Assembly (NCBI GenBank): GCA_965112735.1
Contig: OZ218951.1
Span: forward strand, 4,216,001-4,280,000
DNA: 64,000 nucleotides
DNA from: Phaeosaccion multiseriatum
Taxonomy: Eukaryota > Protista > Ochrophyta, other classes
Direction: 5' to 3'
The notes under the pieces are model-generated. The model was given only the letters and a program-made list of their open reading frames with translations. It was not told the origin of the DNA and searched no databases. Position 1 is the stretch's first letter; each line of letters starts with the position of its first letter. The translations under genes were made by a program, and so were the position numbers. Shown here one piece after another: positions 51,262-62,428 of this stretch.

Positions 51262-53183
51262 ATGGAGGGATCAGATGGTTTTTTGCGACAAGGAGTGGAG
51301 CTAAGTCTAGCCTTTAGACCGATCGTCTCAATTCCAGGTGGGATCTCTCCAAAAAGGAAGGAAAGTAATTGCAACGACCGTGTGGCCCCATCCGTTCGCG
51401 CCTCGCTTCTTCTGTCTCATTGTCTCTCGTCTCTCATCTTCACGCCCCTCTCGCTCTCTATCACTCTGACTCATCATCATAACACGTGTCCCCCTCATTC
51501 AGGTGATCTTGCAGCACGGGAGGGGCGAGAAGTGGAGCTCCTGAATCTAACCGAGTGCGAGCTGGCCAACTATCATAACTTGCACCACTTTTGTAGGCTC
51601 AAGACACTGGTTCTCGACAAGAACAACCTCTCCGATCTGCAGGTAAGTCTTCTCTCTCTCTTCCCCCCCCTCTCTGCCTCTCTCTGAAGCTCTCTCTCTG
51701 TGTGTGACTGTGTGTGGGTGTCTCTCTCTCTCACGCTCTCTCTTCCCCTCTCCCTCCCTCCTCTCTCTCTCCGTCGCACTTCTTTTCTTCTCTCGTCTTC
51801 TCTCTCCCCCCCCCCCCCCTCTCTCTCTTCTCGCGCTGTCTCCTCCTCCCTCACTCTGTGCCATGTCTACTGGTGTCTCCCACCCATTCCCCATCCTCCC
51901 CCTGTCCCTAACCACAGAACTGCCCCAGCATGCCGAGCGTGAGCACTCTGTGGTTCAACAACAACTGTATCACCGACCTGGCTCCCTTCATGGACCAAGT
52001 TATTGAAAAGTTCACAGGGCTTACGGTGAGTCAGCTAGACTGTCTGCCCGTCGTTCAGGAGCATCAGCCAGGAGCGCCCCACCGTTTATCCGCCGATGGC
52101 TTCGACCGATGATTCCGCACCACATTCCATGCACTAGAGTTGCATACCTTGAGTGGTGCTGCTCTGCTGACGTGCCATGTCTCCCGTCCAACCCTGTGCT
52201 GCTGTCCCACCCACTGCTGAACCGCCTAGCTCCTGCCGTATCAACCAACCGCTGCTACCCCGTCTACTGCTGTTGTTCTCTGCTCTCTCCACTAGGAGCT
52301 GTCCATGATGCGGAATCCGGCCTGTCCGGGTCTGATGGACATTCAACAGCCCGACCTCGAGGCATGTCGCCTGTACAGACTGTACGTTGTGTACAGAATG
52401 CCCCAGCTGAGGGTAGTGGATGGCAACGACGTTACACAGGAGGAAAGGAAGGTACGGCTCTTGTGTCGACGACGGAACGGGACGACGCGGGAACTTGTTT
52501 GATCAAGTGCGCCCTGCTTAGAGGCTGTGTGAGACTGTGTGTGCCCGTTCACCTTGACTCGTGCCCCGACCCTGTGACTATGACCTTGATCCTCCACCTC
52601 TGACCCTGACCCTGATCCTTATCATGATCGTGACCGTATGTTTGGCTGTCTGCTCAACTCCTTCTCTGTATGTGTGTTCAGAATGCCAAGCTCAGAGGGC
52701 ATTTCGCAGTCAAGAGGCGGGTGCAGGAGGTGTATCAGCCCAAAACAAAGGTCTGAGAGTGGAGTCATGCATAGCTTTCTTTGCACCGCCTTGCATCTGC
52801 ACACCAGTGGCTCGACACTCGCCCTCCAAGTACATTGATTGCTTCTTTCGCGCATCTTGTCTCCATCGCTTTGAATCATCTGCTTGCTGCTGGCTCTGAC
52901 TGCTCTTCTTTTTCTCGCCTCTACTTCTCCTCCGGGTAATCCCACTCCTGGTTACTCCTACTGCTGCTGCTCCCATTTGCTGGACACCCAGGTGGGCTTC
53001 TTCGAGCGGGCGCCGTCGACAGTGTTCGACCCGCTCGGAGTCACCCCCGCCGCCGACGTCGCCGCCTACCACTCACCGCGCAAAAGCGTGACCCACGTGC
53101 ACTTCACCAGCAGCAGGAGGAGGGCTAGGGCGGACGGACGGCACAGTGAGGGCAACCGATTCATTCAGGACGACCACTTGTAG
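51262..53183 (+). CDS. LRMDA: LRMDA/C10orf11-like small leucine-rich repeat protein, 6 exons
   Basis: Exons 51262-51337, 51503-51642, 51918-52026, 52296-52451, 52682-52750, 52992-53183. LKTLVLDKN, TLWFNNN, LSMMRNPACP, YRLYVVYRMPQLRVVDG (LRR cap), and the C-terminal HSEGNRFIQDDHL typical of the family. Confidence 0.85.
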
Positions 53184-53580
53184 TGCTTACTGTCAGCAGC
53201 GATGGAAGATATTGATCTAGCCAGGCAGGCAGGACGACCCCTTGCTGGTCCCACTTGCTTCAAGCAGCGCCTCCATAGCCTCTACCTTTGAGCTATAGCC
53301 CTGGCGGCGTGGTCAGTCTTCAGCAGAGGTCAATTCTGTGGTGTTCATGTGGCGTGCCAATAAGATCGGGTCCTTGACTTGCTCAAGAAAGCCTACGCAG
53401 TAGTCAGTAGGAGCCACCGCCCAGCCTGGGGGGCTTTCTCTCGCCTCCCGTAGGCCATAGGCCAGAAGCCGGGGACAATCTGCGGCCAGCAGAAGCGAGA
53501 AGCGATCCTGAAGTCCAGGGATCCACAAAATTCCGAAGGCGGGCCGGGGCGTGCGACTGGCTGCAAGAATGGGCGCACGA

Positions 53581-53662
53581 CGAGAGGAGGAAGAAAAGGC
53601 GCCAGGCAGGACCAAGGGTATCGAGAGGAGGAAGAAAAGGCGCCAGGCAGGACCAAGGGTAT
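53581..53662. repeat. 41-bp tandem duplication
   Basis: CGAGAGGAGGAAGAAAAGGCGCCAGGCAGGACCAAGGGTAT occurs twice in tandem. Confidence 0.9.
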
Positions 53663-53806
53663 CGAGGGACACGCTTGAGGTTTGAGGCTTGAGGTGGCTC
53701 TGCCCAGCTCTGGAGCTGCCCTCGCTGCAGCGAGAAATGTGGGGTGAGCGAGGAGAGGAATGGACAAGATGTCTTGCTCCGCGTGGCGTCTTGCTCAATC
53801 AAAGTC

Positions 53807-54258
53807 TCGGCCCCGTGCACGCCTAGCGGCCTAGGCTCTAGGCCGCTCGGCCGCTCTAGGCCGCTCACTTTTCAGCCCTAGGCGGTCTATAGCCCGCCTC
53901 TAGGCAGGCAGCCTCCCAGTGACCGTGGGCGCGTGCGTGGTGCCGCCCAGCCAGTGGGTAGCAGCACACCTGTAGGCCTGCACTCCTCGTAGGGCCAGCG
54001 AGGCGGAAAGAGACAACACGAACCAAGTCAAGTCTACTCCTCCCTTTTCCTTAACATTTGCTTAAAACTGACGACACTTGGGCGGGTTCCGGGCCAGCCC
54101 AGGGGCATACAGTTGGCGTCTCCCCTAGGCCGCGGGCCTCCGGCCCCCGCTTAGGCCGCCGTCTAGGCGGCCTACAAATAGGCCGAGGGCCTACGGCCCT
54201 CGCTAGGCCGGGCAATTTTCCAAAATAGGCCTAGGCCGCTAGGCGTGCACGGGGCCGA
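53807..54258. mobile_element. 452-bp MITE with perfect 30-bp TIRs and 7-bp TSD CAAAGTC
   Basis: TCGGCCCCGTGCACGCCTAGCGGCCTAGGC at 53807-53836 and its exact reverse complement at 54229-54258; CAAAGTC at 53800-53806 and 54259-54265; many internal CTAGGC repeats. Confidence 0.93.
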
Positions 54259-54362
54259 CAAAGTCGATCAAAGGGAATTTAATAGCGTGGACACACCCTC
54301 CACATGATATCGACGAAAGCGGTGGTATGGAGGTATCGACAACAGCGTATGGTATCTATGAT

Positions 54363-54396
54363 CAAGGGGGTCTAATATGAATATTAGACCCCCTTG
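54363..54396. repeat. Perfect 16-bp inverted repeat with 2-nt spacer; candidate TIR-only mini-transposon
   Basis: CAAGGGGGTCTAATAT-GA-ATATTAGACCCCCTTG, flanked by CTATGAT and CTATGAA (6/7 direct repeat). Confidence 0.75.
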
Positions 54397-54541
54397 CTAT
54401 GAAGAGAAGGGAAGGAAGGAAGGAAGGAAAAAAAGAAGGAGAGAGAATTAAAATTTAAGGTCCCCTTCCCGTTGTTGACATAATCTCTATGTGGACAACA
54501 GCACTCTGGGCTCCATTTCTAAAACCCAGGCAAAGGGGATT

Positions 54542-55927
54542 ATGGATAGCTTAGTTGGCTACGGCTCCTCAGATGACGACAGTGGAGGAGATGAGGCGGC
54601 AGTGCCAGTAGTCAAGGCGAGCGCTTCTCCACCGAAGAAGGCGGGAAGATCATCATCAACGCCGGCCCAGTCTGTGCCAGGCAGGAAGAAGGCGAAGCGG
54701 AAGAGGAGCAAAGGGAGAAAGGTCAATATCCTGACCCTTCTGCTTCCCCCGGAGATGCAGGCGGCGCTCGCCAGAGGGGACGACCAACAGCTGGACAGCG
54801 ATTCAGATGGGGAGGAAGGGGCTGGAGGTGAGGGTGGGGATGCCCGGCGGGCGAGGGAGAAGACAAAAGAATGGAAGGCGGCGGCGGCACTGAGACAGGG
54901 AGACAAGAAGAACGACCTGCTTTCTATGCTTCCCCCGACCCAGAGCGCGGCGGCTGCGGATGACGCGCTGGCCAAGGTGTTTGTAAAGAAGGGAGGGGGG
55001 ATGGAGCCTCCGATAGCGGTGGGGGGCAAGAGGAAGAGAGCGCGGGGGGGAGGGGCGGAGGAGGAGGGAGGGGATGGGATTGGCAAGGTCGAGGATCGGG
55101 GCGACGAAGACGACGACGATGATGGAGATGATGATGATGATGATGATGAGGTCAAAGGGAAGGGAGAAGAGACGGCAGCAAGTGCACAACCACTCTTCAC
55201 TTTACCGTCGCCAATGGCGGCTCCGCCTATGCCTGGTGTGCCTAGGCCCCGACCCCCCTCTTTAGCAGCAGTAGCACCAGCACCAGCGAGCTCTCGTCCC
55301 GCCTACCACCCTCCATCATCCTACCAACACCAACAACAGCACCAAGTAGGCAACCCCCCACCAGTGAGCGGATACACTGACCATAACCATCAGCACCACA
55401 ACCACCAACAACATCATCATCAGCAGCAACACCCAGCGGTAGCAGCAGCCCCAGCTCCCACCCCAGTTCCGCAGCAGGAGGACCGCAGCAGCAAGTCCAA
55501 GCGCTCAAGCGACCGCGACCTCCAGCGAATGCTCCAAGCCGGAAACCTTTCCGCCCTGGGCTCCGCCACCGCTGGAGGAGGAGGAGGCCCGGGGGGAAGC
55601 AGCAGCAGCGGCGGCAGCCGTAGAGGAGTAGGTCCTGCAGGAGGGGCGGCCGTGGTACGAGAGCTGCACGCCCCTACCTTCCAATACACCGCCGCCTCCG
55701 CCACTGCAACCATGGCCTCAAGTCAGGATGTGGCCATCAACGCCAAGGTCTATGATGTAAGCACGGGTCTGGATGTGGTGCAAAAGCTACCGGGCAAGTT
55801 GGCCAAGCGCAAGCACCAAATAGGCCAGCTGGCGGCCACCGCACTGGCGATGGAGTCTCAGGTCCTTGACGCCAAGGCACAGCAGCGGTTGGAGGCAAAG
55901 AGATCGAGGGCCAATTTCGGGTATTGA
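54542..55927 (+). CDS. PRCC: PRCC-like proline-rich protein (spliceosome/mitotic checkpoint associated), single exon
   Basis: N-terminus MDSLVGYGSSDDDS and C-terminus KRKHQIGQLAATALAMESQVLDAKAQQRLEAKRSRANFGY* match the PRCC pattern (MSLVxYxxSD...RKHQI..L...KYGF); LLSMLP motif present. Confidence 0.85.
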   Translation: MDSLVGYGSSDDDSGGDEAAVPVVKASASPPKKAGRSSSTPAQSVPGRKKAKRKRSKGRKVNILTLLLPPEMQAALARGDDQQLDSDSDGEEGAGGEGGDARRAREKTKEWKAAAALRQGDKKNDLLSMLPPTQSAAAADDALAKVFVKKGGGMEPPIAVGGKRKRARGGGAEEEGGDGIGKVEDRGDEDDDDDGDDDDDDDEVKGKGEETAASAQPLFTLPSPMAAPPMPGVPRPRPPSLAAVAPAPASSRPAYHPPSSYQHQQQHQVGNPPPVSGYTDHNHQHHNHQQHHHQQQHPAVAAAPAPTPVPQQEDRSSKSKRSSDRDLQRMLQAGNLSALGSATAGGGGGPGGSSSSGGSRRGVGPAGGAAVVRELHAPTFQYTAASATATMASSQDVAINAKVYDVSTGLDVVQKLPGKLAKRKHQIGQLAATALAMESQVLDAKAQQRLEAKRSRANFGY

Positions 55928-57525
55928 CATGTGTGGCCTTCGTGGCTAAGGTTGGGGTGTAGGGGGTTGGGAGCGCGGCGGCGGCAGGCGAGGCGGTGGG
56001 ATGGGGATGAGGGGGAGGAAGAACCGGAGGAGCAGGAGGACGAGGAGGAGGAGCAAGAGGGGCAAGCAAGTCTACCCCTCTTTCGGACCCTCTTGCACTT
56101 GGGCACTTGGTGATAGAGCGGTGGGACACCCAGGTACCGCTGACTGCGGTATGTCACGGGCATGTTCAACCCCGACGGACACATTGTAGGAGAGAGGCTC
56201 TCTCTCTCTCTGTCTCTCTCCCCCTCTCCTCTCTCGCTCCCTCTCTCTCTTCTCTCTCACTCCCTCTCTTCTCTCTCCGAGATGCACGAGTTCGTAAAAT
56301 CCGTCGTGTACATTGTAGAACATCCCCCCATAATTGAATGCATCCGGAGGGCCTCCGCCGAGAGCCCCACATGTCCCGTAAAATACATGTTCCCCTTTGT
56401 TTCACGTGTTTGGTGTTGGGTACAGCTCTGCTCTGTCAGCTCGACACAGTGGGAAGGACACCCCCCCCCCAGGCCTGACACCAGGCACCAAGGAGAGAAG
56501 AAGGAACCCCTCCCTCTCACACCTTCTCACACAGTCCAGAGGGCTACACACGCAACCACACAACCCAGCACCGGCCGTCCCTCGTCTTTGCCATGCGCAT
56601 GACCGCTGTATCACCAACTGCTACTGCTACTACTGTTGGTCATGCTCGTGGAACGCTGCCAGCCTGCCTCCTGGTGTGCCTGTTCCCTATTGAGAGCGGA
56701 CAACCCTCGCGGCAGGACAACGGCTTGTGAACGAATTGGGGCCAAGCAGCAGCGCTGTCTCCCCCTCTCTCTTCTCCCTCTCCCCCTCCACCGCACAAAC
56801 GTCTCTTGTGTTGGCTCCAAAGCATTCGCCCTTCGAAGCCGCATACGACACGTGGGCGAAGAGCAAATGGCTCGACTCAGTCACAAAGCCGCGAGGAGTG
56901 AGGCGCTATCGCACAAGCCCCCATCCGCTTTTTGTGGAGAGCGACGACTTCGGAGTGGAAGTGGTAGTCCCCTACGGCTCGACAGTCGACAGCACAGCAC
57001 TTCGGCGGGGCAACCTACTCATGATGATGGAAGCCACACTCGCTCGTCATGATAAAGGCTACACTCTCTCGTGATGATGAAGCCACACCACTGCAAGCAT
57101 CTCGCGGTGATGAAGAAACATGGGAGCGGTGCTGAAGCTGGTGGTGCTGGTAGTGGTGGTGGTGCTGCCCGCCTGGGCTACTGCTGCTAGGTTGCGTCAG
57201 GTCCAGTAGCCGTTGCCACGGCTGATCTGGCTGTGCCACTGCCACCATTCAGAGCAGATGGGGCAACAGAAGCGGCAGTGAGCAGTTGGTGATATCGCGC
57301 CAGCAGCAGTTACTGTTGGTGATGTAGCACCGGCAGCAGCAGGCTCTTGAGGGCTTCCACACAAAGGCCGGTATGGTGATGCGCTCGCTCCACACCTCAC
57401 CTCCTCACACGACAGGAGAGAGAGGGAAGGAGGGAGGAAGGGGGGAGGGAGGGTACATCGCCGCTGCCACAATCAACCACGCCACAAGCTTCAGGGGCCA
57501 GCTGGTGGCAGAGAGAGTTTGAGTC

Positions 57526-60500
57526 TCAGTGAGTGCCCTCACAACTGAGCAGTGCGTCGGTGTGCTCCAACGCCCCCCGGAGCTGTTGCCAGTTGTTGAT
57601 GCGACCCTCACAACCCCCGTGGTGCCGCTTCTGCTTGGTGTCCGGAGCTGAGCCCGAAGGGTCCACTCCGAGGTGATTAAAGATGGTCTGTGTGGGTGTG
57701 TGGGTGGGTGCGAGGGTGGGCAAGTGTGTGTGCAGCACCCATAACAACAACAGCGTCAACAGCACCACCAGCAATAACAACGAAAGAAACAAGGATGCAA
57801 CCAAAAGCGTGTGATGAATCAGCACATACGGCGAGAGAGCAAAGGAAGGTCCTACCAGCTTACAGAACAAAGGTCCAACCAACCAACCCACCCACCCGCC
57901 CACCCACCCACCCGTGCATCGACATTGCTCAGGGCAGGGCTACTTCGAAAGGAGAGGCGAGAGTTCAGCAAATGTGTCCCAAATAGAGAGATAGAAGATG
58001 GAAGACACACACACATACACACACAGAGAGAGAGGGAGAGATGGTGCTGCTAACGACGAAATGAAACAAAACCGCCACCCCTTCCCTCCTTTCTACCCCG
58101 CCCCTTCCCATCTCAGAGGCACAGGTAGATCCCTCCCCCGCTTCTCGTCCCTCACCCGCAAGTAGGCATGGGCCTTATCGTCCCCGTTGGCCAGCTGCTC
58201 GTATTGGACGGACAAGTACGGCACACCCACGGAATGTCTGGACGTATACAGATAATGCCGTCGTGCGAAAGCAATGGGGAAAAAGAAGGAAGAAAAGAAG
58301 GGAGGATGGAATTAAGAGTGTGTTGGGAGCCAGGCATATGGGCAGGCAAAAGCGTACGGACGGGCAGGCAGGCGGCCAAGGAAGACCGAATACCGACTAC
58401 TGCTGCTACCGCTGCTGCTGCTACTGCTGCTCACGATGGCCACTCACTCACCTACTCAGTAAGTTGTGGAAGAGCTCCCTGTTTCTCTCCACCGTGAGCA
58501 CATATTGCCGCGTCGCCACAGGCCCCAGCCACAGCTTGCCGTTGTAGTGTGGGCGGGACTTCTCTTTCCAGTGCAAGTACGGCACGAGTACCCACTTTTC
58601 CACTTTATGGAGCAAGGAGAGACGGAGGGCCGGGGGGGGGGGGGGGGAGGAGAGGGCAATAGAATGGCAACAACAGTAGCAACAACAACAACAGCAGCAG
58701 CAGCAAGACCAACAAAAGTAGCAACAATGACAACAACAACAACAACAACAACAACAGCAACAACAAAGAGGTGCCACCCAGCGAGACAGACGAGAGGAAG
58801 GAAGGATAGAGTACATTAGACCGAGTTTCTGAGTATACTCAACATACAGAGGGGATGCGTGCAACAATCGTACGCAGCAAGGGTGGCCAGACTCAAGTGG
58901 ACTATGAAGTGCGCATCAGCAAAAGGGTGGGTTAAGCCTCTAAACCTGCTTCCTCTCCTCCCTGCAGTTTGTGCTTGGCCCTCTTCCATAGCAAAGCCCT
59001 GCCGTCGTCTGTCTTACCTTGTTCTGTTTGCCACGAAAGGTAGGACATGAGAACTGCGGTGTGAGCAGGCGGGGGGGGGGGGGGGGGGGCCGACACAAGC
59101 AGGAAGAGGCAAGGGGTTAAAGTCAAAGGAGGACATGGTGAGTGAGTGATGTGAGTAAGTGGGTGAGTTGGAGAGGGAGGGACTGAGTGGAAGAGCGAGG
59201 GAGTAAGAGAGAGGGGGAGGGGGTCGATAAAGAAGGCAGACAACGCACAGTAAGCTCTCCCTCCTCACTTCAGCTGGGAGAGAGAGAAGACAGAGAGAAA
59301 TGGCTGTAGCTTATTGTAGGAGAGAGGGAGAGGTTTCACTCGCACAGAGGTCCTTTACGCCCCACCTTACTTATTCACTCACGTACGTACGCACTAACTG
59401 ACTTACCATTTCTGGTCACGTGCACGACGGTGACATCGTTGCACGCCGCCCAGTTTGCAAAGTGTCGCAGAGACGTGTTCGGGATGTGGTTGTACATGAC
59501 CTTGTATCTGTGAGTGAGGAGAGATGCCGAAGGGCGGGCGGGCGGGGAGGGGTTTGGTGAATTGCGACAGAGGAGGAGGAGGAGGAGGAGGAGGGAGAGC
59601 AGAAAAAGCATGCCATAGAGCGTACAGAGGAAGCCGGAGAGCAGCAGCAGATAAAGGGAGAGAAAGGAAGAGAGATGTTTTGAATGGCTGGGCCGTATCT
59701 CCAAGAGCGAGCACAAGAGATGTGCTAAACGAAGAACATGTGCGTCGCCACTTCACAGCCCATACCATGACTCACCCCACGGCCTTGACACGCGTAGCCG
59801 TCGGTGCCTGATTTGCTGCTGCTGCGACCACTTTCCTATCCAGCGCCCTGCAAGCGTAAGTTACCACAGCAGTAGCAGCAGCAGCAGTAGTAATAGCAGC
59901 AGCAGGAGGACGAGAGACGAGAAGAGGCATTCTGAGAGCGAAAGAGGGATGCATCAGAGAGAAAAGAGGGGATAGGAGAAGAAGGAAAGCAGCAGCCCGG
60001 AGAGGGTGGGTGAGTGGGTGCCAACCCACCTCAGCGACTCGGCCACCCAGTAGCCCCAGTCCTCCCACGTGACGGTTTGAATATCTCTTAGGTCCCCTTG
60101 GGGTCCGAAGGCGCCGTCCAGAGAGAGACGCCGCAGAGTGCCATTCACTCCCGTCACGATTTCTGGATGCTCTCCGAACTTGCGAATGAGCCATGTTGAT
60201 CTTTACCATATTGTCATATCATCGGGGAGAGAAATAGGGGCAAAGAGTAGGGCTGAGGGGATTACAGGTTGGCGTTGGCGGAGAAGACCACACTTACTCT
60301 ATCCGAGGCACAGGGGGTCGGAATTTCCCTACATGACTCACCCTGACTTCTCGCTGGTGAGCATCACGAAATGCCTTCTCTTCTCCAGTCCCTCTCCAGC
60401 AGAGGTGTCGTTGGCCACCTTCAGGCGATCGGTGGTGTAGCTGCCACAGTCAACAGCACCACCAGGCGGTTCTCCTGTTGTTATTGGTTCAGCTACTCCT

Positions 60501-60808
60501 GCTCGCTGCTTACGGTGTTGTTCACCACTCCCACCCTCGTTCAAAACATAAGCATCATAGACCCACTGTGGTCGATGTGGCACGGCGAATAGGTCAATCG
60601 CATTAGCAACGTTGCTGAGGCGGAGAGGGGGAGGCCCCAGGGCCTGCAAGGTCGCGAGCACACAAATCAGTAGCCAAGCGGCCAGAGTGGTGAGTGCAAC
60701 CCTCTGCCAAACTGCAGGCGTTACTGCCCACAGCGAAGTTGCCTGCTGCCTTGCCCTATACAGATACTGTCGTTGCTGAAGAGGCAGGCGCCATGGAGCG
60801 GTTGCCAT
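57526..60808 (-). CDS. Type II membrane sulfotransferase (NodH/Stf0-like), 8 exons
   Basis: Exons (minus) 60808-60342, 60200-60030, about 59847-59776, 59507-59407, 59054-59018, 58602-58452, 58237-58156, 57687-57526. N-terminal TM (VALTTLAAWLLICVLATLQAL); 5'-PAPS loop FVMLTSEKSGSTWL...HPEI; AVGYKVMYNH; VHVTRNVLMSYLS; VQYEQL; RINNW. Confidence 0.78.
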
Positions 60809-61304
60809 ACGCCGCGTTGCAGACAAACCTTGGTCTTTGGTTGGCCTAAAAGTAATGGTTGGGCGGGGGAAAATTATTGACTTAAGAGGAATCACCTGAG
60901 AAACTGAAACTGAAAGTGTGTGTGTGGGTGTAAGTTTATGGGTAGGACATCGACATTTTAATTCGGGACTGTGGGCGGGAGGTTATCGGGTCAGTGACAA
61001 GGCCGTGTAGTAGGCAACAGGGATAAGGATAAAGGACATACAGGACATTGGGACAAGGGGAAGGACAGGACATCATTTGAGAACTCCAAGATATATAGAT
61101 AACCTCCCGCCCACAGTTAAACCCAAAGTCGACCCTCTCGATACCTAATGTCGATGTCCTGCCCATACACCTACAGTAGACTTGGCTGGGGGGGAGGTCG
61201 ATCGCATCATCCCAGGCTTTTGACCGCGGGCGTACGGCGCTCCACAAAGCCTCAGTAAGCGCAACATAACATAACATAACACAGAAGTTCATCAGAAGTT
61301 CATC

Positions 61305-61606
61305 ATCCAGCAGCTGCTCTCAGCCGGTGCGGAGGTCGACAAGAAGGCGGTACTGCCTTACTGCGGGCCGCGCAGGAACAAGGGCATCATGCAGTGGCGT
61401 AGTAACTGCTGTCGGCCGGCGCTGATCCCGACCACGTGGATGGCAGAAATGTTGACGGCCGCACCCCCTTGATGATGGCTTCAAAGGACGGAGACCACAA
61501 GATCACGCAGCTGCTGCTCACCTCGGAGGCAGATACGAATTTGAGAACCTGCGACGGAGTGTTTCCGCTTTTTTTTGCCAGCAAGAATGGGCATACTGTT
61601 ATATAT
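61305..61606 (+). pseudogene. Ankyrin-repeat pseudogene fragment
   Basis: IQQLLSAGAEVDK / GTALLRAAQEQGHHAVA**LLSAGADPD / GRTPLMMASKDGDHKITQLLLTSEADTN / GVFPLFFASKNGH, with stops TAG-TAA at 61400-61405 and a frameshift near 61345. Confidence 0.8.
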
Positions 61607-62428
61607 GCCCGTTCTGAGGGGACTGGAACGCCAAATCCCCCACGCATCCTGAATGTCGAGCCCCCCGAACACGTACCTCCTGACTACATAACTAGCAGCG
61701 CTCGCTCGCTCGACACAGGGAGCAAGAGTAGCTAGCTGCTAGCACTCCTCAGTCAGTCAGATGGCTTCGACAGGGAGTGAGTGACCCATCTCATTCCGTT
61801 TGCAACAGTCTGGACCTGCGTGAGGCGTGAGCCGCCACTGGACCAAGCAAAAGTCTCTGCATATAGCTACCTCCAGCATACCGCTAGATGAGGCACTGTG
61901 GCAGTGCCTACCGAAAGTCCTTCGGGCAGAGCCCAGCCGGGCGTGTTCAAAGTCACGTAGCTGCAATCCCACAACAATGCTAACTATGTACGTGCTATAT
62001 CAATGCATGGGAAAAAGTCGTCACCGATGCCAGCCTGCCCAGCGGCCTGCCGGCCTCCACCCAGGCCTAATACTTTGGATTTTCCAAAGTCCACTTTGCC
62101 AACCACTCCTTTTCGTTCGCTTCTGGACCCCACCACTCGTTCTTCTTGGGAAATCGTCCGTGTCTCGCCATCATTTCGGGCTTGGTCATGCCGCCGCGCT
62201 TGGCCAGATTTTTGGCCCGCGACAGCTTGTGCTTCCACGTCGAACGATAGGAATAGTCCTTCTTCTTTGGCTTGGGTTGTTTGGTACTCACACCGGCTTT
62301 TGTTGCTTTCGTCGCTTTGGCCACTCCCGTTGTCTTTGGCTTTGCCATTAGGGGAGGCTGGATTTTTCTACCCTGGGTAGTTGGACTACTTCGCCATCTG
62401 TGATCGCCTCTTCCCTTTTGAATTTGAC

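Noticed and set aside
53313-53798. 161-aa minus-strand ORF as a gene
   Set aside because: Non-ATG start, contains a 41-bp duplication, abuts the MITE and has no recognisable motif.
49801-62069. RIP-like CpA>TpA hypermutation suggested by TAA/TAG stops in pseudogenes
   Set aside because: C>T nonsense changes necessarily arise from CAA/CAG/CGA, so this is ascertainment bias; a copy-to-copy mutation spectrum is needed.
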